From a virus, in the IMG/VR virus record IMGVR_UViG_3300021963_009993, positions 96,001 to 160,000 of that record: a DNA stretch of 64,000 bases; one strand, given 5' to 3'. Shown piece by piece: positions 38,405 to 46,433 of this stretch. Position numbers and translations under genes: made by a program. The notes beneath the pieces are model-generated. The model ran no database searches. It was not told where the DNA came from and saw only the letters and a list, made by a program, of their open reading frames with translations. Position 1 is the stretch's first letter. Each line of letters opens with the position of its first letter.

Positions 38405-38804
38405 TTTCTCTCAACTCATAATGTAATTTTCTGTGGCAATTGCTACAAATTGGTATGCATTTTTTAAGTTCTTCTAAACCTTTGTTAATAGCACCTTCAT
38501 TGAAAAAAGCGGATACATCTTTTTCTTTATTATTTTCTGGATGGTGGAAATCTATGCAAGCTGGGTGTGATTCACCGCAAGCGCATTTAAATTGTTTTTT
38601 ATAATCTTGCCACCAATCACGAATTTGTTTTTTCTTTTCGCTAGCAGCTGTGATATATTTTTCTGAGTTGTTTTTATAATGGTTATTGCTTGCAATTTTT
38701 TGACAATCTTTACATTTTGATTGTCTTGTTTGTTTGGAAATATTTTTGAAATTAAAATCATCTATATTTTTTTCTGTTTTGCATGAATTGCAAAATTTAT
38801 ACAT
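38376..38804 (-). CDS. HNH endonuclease with N-terminal zinc ribbon
   Basis: CNSC...CKDC, then CACG...IDFHH...CIPICSNCHRKLH. Confidence 0.85.
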   Translation of the reverse strand: MYKFCNSCKTEKNIDDFNFKNISKQTRQSKCKDCQKIASNNHYKNNSEKYITAASEKKKQIRDWWQDYKKQFKCACGESHPACIDFHHPENNKEKDVSAFFNEGAINKGLEELKKCIPICSNCHRKLHYELREKRAMGVEPT

Positions 38805-38868
38805 AAAAAAATTATATGTTTAAAACATTTTAAAAACAAAATTTTCTATAATAATATTGAGGTGCAAA

Positions 38869-39330
38869 ATGGCTACATTAAAAGACTTATTGTTTGATTT
38901 GAAACAAGCTGATACAAACTGTTTAGTATCAATTTATAATCCAAGTGGCATGAGTGTACCTTCTCATTTTCATATTACTGAAATAGGTAGGACTATTAAA
39001 ACATTTGTGGATTGTGGTGGGTACGAAAGGGAGAATAGTAATACTACTTTTCAAGTTTGGGTGGCAGATGATGTTGATCATCGAATGACAGTTGGTAAAT
39101 TTTTGGATATTATTGCTGCTGGTAAAAACATTATTAATCAAGATGACGAGGTCATATTTGAATATGACAACAATCATACGATTGGCTTGTATGGTGTAGC
39201 TTTAATTCAAAGGCTTGAGCATTTCTTCAATATATTTTTAATGCAAAAAAGGACGAATTGTTTGGCACCAGATAAGTGTGGTGTTAAGTCTCAATCGGAA
39301 TCCTGTTGTGGAAGCAAGGGTTGTTGCTAA
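38869..39330 (+). CDS. DUF6428-like protein
   Basis: VPSHFHITEIG...FVDCGG..R...FQVWVADDVDHR...EY...TIGLY...TNCLAPDKCG; GAGGTG RBS. Confidence 0.75.
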   Translation: MATLKDLLFDLKQADTNCLVSIYNPSGMSVPSHFHITEIGRTIKTFVDCGGYERENSNTTFQVWVADDVDHRMTVGKFLDIIAAGKNIINQDDEVIFEYDNNHTIGLYGVALIQRLEHFFNIFLMQKRTNCLAPDKCGVKSQSESCCGSKGCC

Positions 39331-40064
39331 TGAATAGATATGATTTCATAAATGCATACACTAGCTCTGGTGTTGACACATATGCCAACAGGGTTTATTT
39401 GTTGGATTGTTTTGATTTGGTCAGGGAGCATGTAACTTGTGCCCATTGTGAATCAGACGCATATTACATGTCTGATTACATCTTAAGAAATCAAAACACA
39501 GACGGTTCGATTATTGAATTTGGTTGTTACAGCGGTGGCATGAGTTGCAAATTATCAAAAGTTTGTGAGTTGGTTGGTAAGAAATATATTATATTTGACA
39601 CTTTTAGTGGCTTGCCTTATACGGAGGTTTATGAGACATATAGAGAAGAGGATGCTAATTTAGGAAATTTTCAAAAAGGAATGTTTTCTTGTGATTTAGA
39701 AAGTGTGAAAAAAAATATTGAGCAGTATGGAAGTATTAATAATTGTGTTTTTTATGAAGGTTTGATAGAGGATAGACTAAAGGAATTGAAGGAAAATCCA
39801 TTAACAATATTTATTGATGTGGACTTGGTTGATACAGCGAGATTTGTAATTAAGAACATATGGGACAGGGTGATAGGGGACAGGATATTTACGCATGAGG
39901 CGTGTGTTAAGGATTACATGGAAAGGATATTAGACAGACAATGGTGGCTTGATGAAATGAAAAGATTCCCGCCTTTTGTAAACGGGAATCTTTTTGAAAA
40001 ATATCCTAATTTGCCGAACACCATGTGTTTGGCTTATTTAAACAAGTATCAGTCTTTGGGATAG
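39330..40064 (+). CDS. TylF/MycF-family O-methyltransferase
   Basis: IIEFGCYSGGMS...FDTFSGLP...GLIED..IFIDVDL. Confidence 0.8.
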   Translation: MNRYDFINAYTSSGVDTYANRVYLLDCFDLVREHVTCAHCESDAYYMSDYILRNQNTDGSIIEFGCYSGGMSCKLSKVCELVGKKYIIFDTFSGLPYTEVYETYREEDANLGNFQKGMFSCDLESVKKNIEQYGSINNCVFYEGLIEDRLKELKENPLTIFIDVDLVDTARFVIKNIWDRVIGDRIFTHEACVKDYMERILDRQWWLDEMKRFPPFVNGNLFEKYPNLPNTMCLAYLNKYQSLG

Positions 40065-40297
40065 AAACTTCTCATATCTCTTTTTAGTTTTTTGGCTTGT
40101 GCGTGACTAAGGTTTATTTTCTTGATGATAGTTCTACCATTCTTGTCTACATCGACTTGTTCAAGACGCAATCCAGCGAATGGTTCAGGGTTGTATGAAA
40201 GTCTTATCTCTCCAAAGTCGAATTCAATGTAGCCATCTGGTGTATTGTATTTGGATACATCTCTTTCGATCTTTGTTTTTTGAATTTTGTTTGACAT
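40049..40297 (-). CDS. Hypothetical protein
   Basis: GGAGG RBS before MSNKIQ. Confidence 0.55.
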   Translation of the reverse strand: MSNKIQKTKIERDVSKYNTPDGYIEFDFGEIRLSYNPEPFAGLRLEQVDVDKNGRTIIKKINLSHAQAKKLKRDMRSFYPKD

Positions 40298-40339
40298 GGC
40301 AGCCTCCATGATAATTATAGTAATTTGGAGACTAAAGTT

Positions 40340-40606
40340 CTATTTTTCAATATTACATTGTGCTATTTCTTTTGGTGTTTTTGATTCACCAATGATTGTT
40401 ATTTCGGATTCGGTTTCTATCCAAACTCTTGCACCGCATCCTAGTGGTTTGTTTGGGCTATAGATAATTTTTGATGGGCCATTGATGACAACTTCTTTTG
40501 CGTAAACATTATTTTTTGATGTTTTGATTGTTAGAACTGGGTCTTCTTGACCATTTTTTAAATTTCTACGAATAATATGTTGGTTAACATGAATTATTGT
40601 TTTCAT
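40340..40606 (-). CDS. Conserved phage hypothetical protein
   Basis: MKTIIHVNQH.IR.N.K....PVLT.K...EV.INGPS..IYSP.KPL.CGARVWIET, a family recognised from aquatic phages; GGGAG RBS. Confidence 0.7.
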   Translation of the reverse strand: MKTIIHVNQHIIRRNLKNGQEDPVLTIKTSKNNVYAKEVVINGPSKIIYSPNKPLGCGARVWIETESEITIIGESKTPKEIAQCNIEK

Positions 40607-40764
40607 AATTGATTCTCCCTTTGATCTATCACAAAAGCATTTGCAAACCAAGTTTGGTTGAAGGAATCGTAAAATTTATTTATGGTGTTACCCCAACCAA
40701 ATGAATCGGTTATATTTTTTGACCAGCAGCAGCATTGGGGTATGCTTTTTTTGATAATAGTCAT
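40603..40764 (-). CDS. Small 53-aa hypothetical protein, not in the ORF track
   Basis: MTIIKKSIPQCCCWSK...ENQL* fills the gap, with ATGA-type overlaps at both ends. Confidence 0.45.
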   Translation of the reverse strand: MTIIKKSIPQCCCWSKNITDSFGWGNTINKFYDSFNQTWFANAFVIDQRENQL

Positions 40765-41165
40765 TTTGAATTCTTCTTCAGTTTTTGAATGGTTTTTAAA
40801 GCCTCTAGTGCATTTTTTGGATTACCTAGTTCAGCCATAATCAGATCATCTAATTTCAACTTTTTATTTTGGTATGCTGGCAGAATCAATCCGGTACTTA
40901 CTTCGTTATTCGGTTCAAATCTTTCATCCTGTGTATCTTTATCAAAATCTCCATCTCTTGCATAAAGAGTTCCATCGCCAGTTGGGTTTAGTTGCACATC
41001 TAGTTCGATTAACTTAACTGTGGCATTGTTGACTATGGAGGGCGCAAATGTTCTACGCATATCTGCGTATCTTCTTGCCATCCAATGGAGGTCTTTGCAT
41101 ATTGATTTAAGGGTCGAATTTTCTTGTATAAGCCTGTTTATTTCTTTTTTTGACATGGAGGTCAC
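40761..41165 (-). CDS. Hypothetical protein
   Basis: LHWMARRYADMR.TFAPS motif; GGAGG before an internal ATG. Confidence 0.55.
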   Translation of the reverse strand: MTSMSKKEINRLIQENSTLKSICKDLHWMARRYADMRRTFAPSIVNNATVKLIELDVQLNPTGDGTLYARDGDFDKDTQDERFEPNNEVSTGLILPAYQNKKLKLDDLIMAELGNPKNALEALKTIQKLKKNSK

Positions 41166-41210
41166 CTTGTTTTAAACAAGCTATAAATTAAATTATAGGG
41201 CTTAAAAATG

Positions 41211-41254
41211 CAAACGAAAAAACCCTCTATTTTAAAAGAGGGTTTTTTCGTTTG
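41211..41254. terminator. Bidirectional intrinsic terminator
   Basis: 18-bp perfect inverted repeat CAAACGAAAAAACCCTCT / AGAGGGTTTTTTCGTTTG. Confidence 0.85.
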
Positions 41255-41262
41255 TTAATCGA

Positions 41263-41961
41263 TTAATCTACACCAAGTATTTCCTTGACTGACTTCTTTT
41301 TGTTTGGTTCTGGCTTGTTATCAACTGGTTGGTTGATCTTTGGTTTTTGATTTGCAACCTTTTTGAAGTAGAGTTGCCACATTTCTGATGCTGTTGACTT
41401 GGATTCAGCCTCATCATCAAATGGGCCTAGATCAACTTCATCATTGAATTTGTCTTTGGCAATTTTGATGCAGCTATTTCTTGCCTCTTTAACGACCAAA
41501 GGATTTTCATCATTTAGTAGTTTGAACAAGCATTCGTTTGAATCATTTTTAAGACCAAAATAGACAGCAGCAGCTGCTCTATTGGTTGGAGATTTGGCAT
41601 GAACAGCAGCTTCTACCATGTTATTGTCATCGATTTTAAGCAAAGATTTTGCCATAGCCTTATATGGTGCATTGTTGTTTACAGTAAGGCTATTGCTTTG
41701 CTCTTTTTCTGGTATTGGTGGGAATAGGGTATTTGCGTAAGGGAATGAGTTTTTGCCTCTATTTTCTGGCAAGGCATTAAAAGCTGGTGTGTCTGCACCA
41801 GTAAGTTTTTTCACAAGTGCTTTGAATTCAGGGCTTTCGGTGTTGTGGAATCCTTGACCAAGGACTTCTGGTACTGGAGCGTTTCAACCCGCAGCAGCTT
41901 TTTGGGTATAAACATTAAGATAAATTAATGATGCAACTACAGCAAATAGAATCTTTCGCAT
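41263..41961 (-). pseudogene. Exported HEAT-repeat-like protein interrupted by one in-frame TGA (pseudogene, readthrough or sequence error)
   Basis: GAGG RBS and ATG at 41961 give MRKILFAVVASLIYLNVYTQKAAAG*NAPVPE..., in frame with ORF 41263-41814; TGA at 41884-41886. Confidence 0.55.
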
Positions 41962-42046
41962 TTGTGCCTCGTACTTTAATTTTTAATCGAACAGGGATAT
42001 CCCCAAATACATACTACGCATTCCAATCTATAGTTCAAAAAATTTT

Positions 42047-42583
42047 TTAATTTTTTTTTGAAAAATCATGATATCTTTTGATATACATTGATGTCATGTC
42101 CATATCGATTTCATTACTACTTTTAAGGAGTAGTATTTTTTTATTTTCGTTTTCAAAATCTGGGCTGCAACTCCAAGTGGTTTTTTTGATTCCTACTGCG
42201 TCGATTAATTTTTGGCAGTTTTTACATGGTTTAGCTATGCGGAAATTTCCATGCCAATTGATTCTGAGGCTGAGTATTTCTATTTGTCTATCTATATTTT
42301 CTGTTCCCAGTTTGATGATGAGATCGCTTTCTGCATGTAGGTATGGGAAATGAATCCACTTTTCGATTCCATATATTTTGGCGATTGAAAATACTTTGGA
42401 TGAAGTTGTATCGGGTTTATTTTTTCCAATTTCTATGATTTTATTTTTTTTAATTGCGAAGGCGTAGTGGTAGTTTGGTCTGCTTTTGTTGTTGTTCCAA
42501 TTTGTGTAAAGGATTTTTACACATTGTTGTATGACAGATTCTTTCATAACAAAATATTGTATCTTTTTTATAGAAACTGTCAA
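42047..42583 (-). CDS. Zinc-dependent cytidine/dCMP deaminase-like protein
   Basis: LHAESD...AKPCKNC (HxE...PCxxC). Confidence 0.75.
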   Translation of the reverse strand: MTVSIKKIQYFVMKESVIQQCVKILYTNWNNNKSRPNYHYAFAIKKNKIIEIGKNKPDTTSSKVFSIAKIYGIEKWIHFPYLHAESDLIIKLGTENIDRQIEILSLRINWHGNFRIAKPCKNCQKLIDAVGIKKTTWSCSPDFENENKKILLLKSSNEIDMDMTSMYIKRYHDFSKKN

Positions 42584-42625
42584 ATAGTTGTAACTAACTA
42601 CCTTATATAAGTGAGGAGAAAAGCC

Positions 42626-43102
42626 ATGAGTAAAAAATTATGTTTCTTAAAATGGTGGCTTTTAAATATAGTTGTATTTATTTGCTTTATTATTTGTGCC
42701 AAGGTTGGTGTTATTACTGCAATTTATGAAAAGGATGCGAGTTTTCTTTGTTTTGTAATCATGTTTATTTACATTTTGTGTAGTGCGTTCAATGGTTTTG
42801 TGGCTGACGATTTGGATAAGAATAAAACTTCTTCAACGGAAAAAAACCTTGAGTATGGTTGGTTTTTTTCTGAGTTTTGTCTTTCCTTGGGGATGATAGG
42901 CACAGTTGTCGGATTCATAATGATGCTTGCGGATTTTGCCAATGCTGATGCAAACAATTTACAAAAATTGATTGGATCGATGAGTTATGGTATGAGTACT
43001 GCTTTGTATACGACATTGTGTGGTTTAATTTTTGGCAATTTGTTGAAGCTTCAATGTTTTGACATGCAAAAAACATTAGAAAAGAAGAATGATGAAACAT
43101 AA
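42626..43102 (+). CDS. MotA/TolQ/ExbB proton-channel family protein
   Basis: LGMIGTVVGFI and GMSTALYTTLCGL TM motifs; four hydrophobic segments; GAGGAG RBS. Confidence 0.8.
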   Translation: MSKKLCFLKWWLLNIVVFICFIICAKVGVITAIYEKDASFLCFVIMFIYILCSAFNGFVADDLDKNKTSSTEKNLEYGWFFSEFCLSLGMIGTVVGFIMMLADFANADANNLQKLIGSMSYGMSTALYTTLCGLIFGNLLKLQCFDMQKTLEKKNDET

Positions 43103-43700
43103 AAACTATAGTTCCCAGACTAGTTTTCTTGATTTATTATTTAATTCACTTTTGGCATTCGTTGCATTTTTTGCTTTGGCTATTTTGATGATCAAAAAAC
43201 AGGATGTTGAAACGCCATCGAGTGTCAACAAAGTTGAGTATATGGTTAGTGCTGTTTGGCCACCGGATTTAAACAATGACATTGACCTGTATATGGCAGA
43301 TCCTTTGGGAAATATAGTTTATTTTAATAGGCGTGAAGATGGATTAATGCATTTGGATAGAGATGATGTGGGTACGAAAAACGATGAGATTAGTTTGCCT
43401 GACGGTAGTAAGTTTGTTTACAAAGAAAATCGTGAAATAATAAACATTCGTGGAATAGTTCCCGGTGAATATATTGTCAACATTCATGTCTTTAGCATAA
43501 GGGACAAGGGTAAGCCAACTCCTGTTACTGTTAAATTGGAAAAAATGAATCCTTATAAAACGGTCATGGTAAAAGAAATTGTTTTGAATGAGACTGGAGA
43601 AGAAAAGACTGTGTTTCGTTTTATTGTTGACAAGAATGGTAATATCACATCAATCAAGGAAGAACCGCAGAAGAATATGGTGGGAAAAATCAAAAGGTGA
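43089..43700 (+). CDS. MotB/ExbD-like single-TM partner with a soluble beta domain
   Basis: SFLDLLFNSLLAFVAFF TM with the Asp typical of MotB/ExbD; W....DIDL....P.GNIVYF...LDRDD...NREI domain. Confidence 0.55.
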   Translation: MMKHKNYSSQTSFLDLLFNSLLAFVAFFALAILMIKKQDVETPSSVNKVEYMVSAVWPPDLNNDIDLYMADPLGNIVYFNRREDGLMHLDRDDVGTKNDEISLPDGSKFVYKENREIINIRGIVPGEYIVNIHVFSIRDKGKPTPVTVKLEKMNPYKTVMVKEIVLNETGEEKTVFRFIVDKNGNITSIKEEPQKNMVGKIKR

Positions 43701-43703
43701 TTA

Positions 43704-44237
43704 ATGTTTAGTACACTTTTGTTTCCGATGTTATTTCTAATAATTTCTGTGCTTTTGTTATGGGTAATTTTGGGATGCAAAGGGCATTGGTCTTTGAAAT
43801 ATTGGATAATAAATTTCACGATATTATTTGTTTTATTTTTTTGGGAAAGTGTCAATTCATATACAGGTTGGGCTACTGAAAACAGGATGCCTAAACAAGC
43901 AAGATTTTTAAGTTTTTATCCAGATGAACCAAAATGGCTTTTTGTAATTTTGCAGAAGGATTGGTCTAAAGAAAAAAGAACAAACATTTTTGATTTAGTT
44001 GGTGCTAGGTCTGGTGATGAACCAAGGCTGTACAAATTACCATATGACAGGGAAACGCATGAAAAAATGGAAAAGGCTATGGATAAAGTTCGTAGCGGTC
44101 AATATGTGTTGATTTCTTCTGGACTTGATGAAAACGGCAAGGAGATCAAAAAGAAATCAAATAATTCTATGACTAGAGATGATGTTCCAAATTTTTATGT
44201 TTTGCCACCAGAGAAGTTTATAAAGAAACCAGATTAG
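43704..44237 (+). CDS. Two-TM membrane protein, third gene of the MotA-like cassette
   Basis: Two N-terminal hydrophobic helices; EPRLYKLPY motif; tightly coupled to the upstream gene. Confidence 0.55.
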   Translation: MFSTLLFPMLFLIISVLLLWVILGCKGHWSLKYWIINFTILFVLFFWESVNSYTGWATENRMPKQARFLSFYPDEPKWLFVILQKDWSKEKRTNIFDLVGARSGDEPRLYKLPYDRETHEKMEKAMDKVRSGQYVLISSGLDENGKEIKKKSNNSMTRDDVPNFYVLPPEKFIKKPD

Positions 44238-44401
44238 TTTTTCTTTTTTTCTTTTTCGCCAGTAATTAGTGGAATCTTGGGGTCTTTGTTTTTGCAACCT
44301 TTTGGTTTTGCTCCCCAAACTTGGAAATCTGGACCACCGCAAGATGGGCCAACTACGAAAGCTTCATTTTTTGATTCCAGCCATTCTGTAAATGTCTTCA
44401 T
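44234..44401 (-). CDS. 55-aa protein with capsid-targeting-like N-terminus, not in the ORF track
   Basis: MKTFTEWLESKNEAFVVGPSCGGPDFQVWG...KKKN*. Confidence 0.6.
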   Translation of the reverse strand: MKTFTEWLESKNEAFVVGPSCGGPDFQVWGAKPKGCKNKDPKIPLITGEKEKKKN

Positions 44402-44418
44402 GGAATTATATATAAATC

Positions 44419-44670
44419 ATGCTTAAATTAAGTTTCAAAGAATTCTTCTTGATGGAAGATGGTGGTGTTGGGGGAAACCCTGGATCACCATTCACACTTC
44501 GACCAAGTTGGCTGAATGGTAAGAGTAAATTAGACAATAGTGGTTGTGGTGGAGGACCGGGTAAATGTCCCGAGATAAAATCAAAAGGATGTAGTGGTGG
44601 TCCCGGCCCTTGTCCAGCAGATGCTTCTTTGGGTGGTGGATCAGCAGCAGCCACTCCAGCTGCTAAATAG
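44419..44670 (+). CDS. Gly/Pro/Cys-rich small protein with capsid-targeting-like N-terminus
   Basis: MLKLSFKEFFLMED; two GC(G/S)GGPG(K/P)CP repeats. Confidence 0.55.
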   Translation: MLKLSFKEFFLMEDGGVGGNPGSPFTLRPSWLNGKSKLDNSGCGGGPGKCPEIKSKGCSGGPGPCPADASLGGGSAAATPAAK

Positions 44671-45256
44671 TTGTAGAAAAACTCATGATAAATAACATTT
44701 CATTGCAACTTATAACTGAGTTTTCATCTTTATCAAATTGATAATTTGTAAAATAAGCATTATCTATCTGTAATATCTCATGTATTCCATTTGCTGTTAG
44801 TGCAAGACTTGTTGACTGGTTGTTTTTCTGCATATCCAGACAATTGTCGTATATTTTTTTGAATTTATTTATATTTTCTTCATTTTTTTGGCAAATCGCA
44901 AACAACAAACCATTTTTTTTGTTTGTTTCATTATACACAGAAATGTTATTTACATAATATGAGTGTTTTTGACTATTTAATCTGATATAAAGTTCCATAT
45001 CTTTCATATCATCTAAATAGGCATTTTTATACCAAAATTCTACTATATTAAAGGGGGTGGCGACATAAATATTATGTGGTAATCCTTGCAGGGTGAACGA
45101 CTCAGCATTTGCTGATGATTTTATTTTTCTATCTGGCTTGAATGATTGAGAGGTATAATTTGGCCAAGAATAGGGGAAGAAATCGTTTAAGTCAGATGTG
45201 ATGTTATCATCCCAAGAATAAGTTAGATTGGGATAAATTCTTTCGGTTTTGAGCAT
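44663..45256 (-). CDS. Hypothetical protein
   Basis: 197-aa ORF with AGGTG RBS; TTAAATA upstream. Confidence 0.5.
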   Translation of the reverse strand: MLKTERIYPNLTYSWDDNITSDLNDFFPYSWPNYTSQSFKPDRKIKSSANAESFTLQGLPHNIYVATPFNIVEFWYKNAYLDDMKDMELYIRLNSQKHSYYVNNISVYNETNKKNGLLFAICQKNEENINKFKKIYDNCLDMQKNNQSTSLALTANGIHEILQIDNAYFTNYQFDKDENSVISCNEMLFIMSFSTTI

Positions 45257-45280
45257 GAATCACCTATTTAAGGGGGTAAA

Positions 45281-45841
45281 TTGGCAGATATTAAAAAAAT
45301 CAAGCCAAATGCTATCAAAGTAATTTTACCCGAAGTTCAACAAAAAACCCACTTTTCTTGTGGTGCAGCTGTAGTACATTCCGTTTGTGCTTATTGGGGA
45401 TTAGGACTCGATTCCCATTATGATTATTTTCCTTATCTGGAAACAGATGAAGCTTATGGCACATTGCCTGACAAGATTGTTAGTTATTTAAAAGAAGTTG
45501 GTTTGAATTGCAACATTCAATACAACATGACAATTAAGAATTTATGTTTAGAGCTAGACAAGGGTCGTCCGGTGATTGTTGCTGTTCAGGCTTGGGGTAG
45601 CAGCAAAATGTATAGCAAATTTGGAAATGGTCATTATTTGGTTGCCATAGGTTATGACAAACAAAATATATTTTTTGAAGATCCTTGGTTGAATTGTTCC
45701 AGAGGTTACATTTCAAAAAAAGATTTTCTGAAAAGGTGGCATGATATGGATTTCAAGTCAAAAATACATGAGAAAATGGGAATAGTAGTTTGGCATAGGA
45801 AGAATCCACTTTATAATTTTGCAGCAAAAAAGATTAAGTAG
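45281..45841 (+). CDS. Stand-alone C39-family cysteine peptidase
   Basis: QQKTHFSCGAA (Cys), GHYLVAIGYD (His), FEDPW (Asp). Confidence 0.85.
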   Translation: MADIKKIKPNAIKVILPEVQQKTHFSCGAAVVHSVCAYWGLGLDSHYDYFPYLETDEAYGTLPDKIVSYLKEVGLNCNIQYNMTIKNLCLELDKGRPVIVAVQAWGSSKMYSKFGNGHYLVAIGYDKQNIFFEDPWLNCSRGYISKKDFLKRWHDMDFKSKIHEKMGIVVWHRKNPLYNFAAKKIK

Positions 45842-46433
45842 TTTTTCTCATGTATGCTGGCATACATGGTGATATTAATCTGATGAATTTATCTCTGCTT
45901 TTTTCTTCAAAATTTATTATTTTACTACCACCAAATTTTTTTATCACACAAGGCATATCAATAATATTAAAATATTCTTTTATATTATCTATGGATTCTT
46001 GATTCAGCCTACTTATTCTTATTGAACAATATTTGTTGTTCAAAAAACCTTTGTCCATAAACCAACATGTAATCCCATAATCTTGCAATTTATCCAACAG
46101 TTCTGGCTTTATTGTTTTATTATTATTTTCGTAGCACAAATTATAAAATTCTATGAAGCATTCTGCCGAAATAGAATTCCATCTGTAGCTATTTGAATCT
46201 TTTATAAATGATTTTTTTCTGCTTAATCTTTTTAGTTCTTCTGCTTTGCATCTAATCCAATTTCCACCTTTAGAAATGGATTCACGCATTTGAAAATGTG
46301 GGTTAAGTGATTTTGCTGGTTTTATGATACTTGAGTTTCCAAGTATAGAACCCAAGACAACCTGTTTTTCTCTGTTGGTTAAAACAAGCTGTTTGGGTTC
46401 CTGATTATTGTTTTGCCAATCATCTATTTGCAT
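45834..46433 (-). CDS. LAGLIDADG-type (family 2) endonuclease
   Basis: LT..EKQVVLGSILGNSSI and ITCWFMDKG, two motif copies. Confidence 0.75.
   Translation of the reverse strand: MQIDDWQNNNQEPKQLVLTNREKQVVLGSILGNSSIIKPAKSLNPHFQMRESISKGGNWIRCKAEELKRLSRKKSFIKDSNSYRWNSISAECFIEFYNLCYENNNKTIKPELLDKLQDYGITCWFMDKGFLNNKYCSIRISRLNQESIDNIKEYFNIIDMPCVIKKFGGSKIINFEEKSRDKFIRLISPCMPAYMRKTT

Noticed and set aside
38333-38870. Prophage attachment site at the tRNA
   Set aside because: No duplicated tRNA 3' end and no integrase in the window.
41815-41905. tRNA-like or ncRNA element in the GC-richer gap upstream of ORF 41814
   Set aside because: No cloverleaf was found; the stretch reads as in-frame coding sequence of the TGA-interrupted gene.
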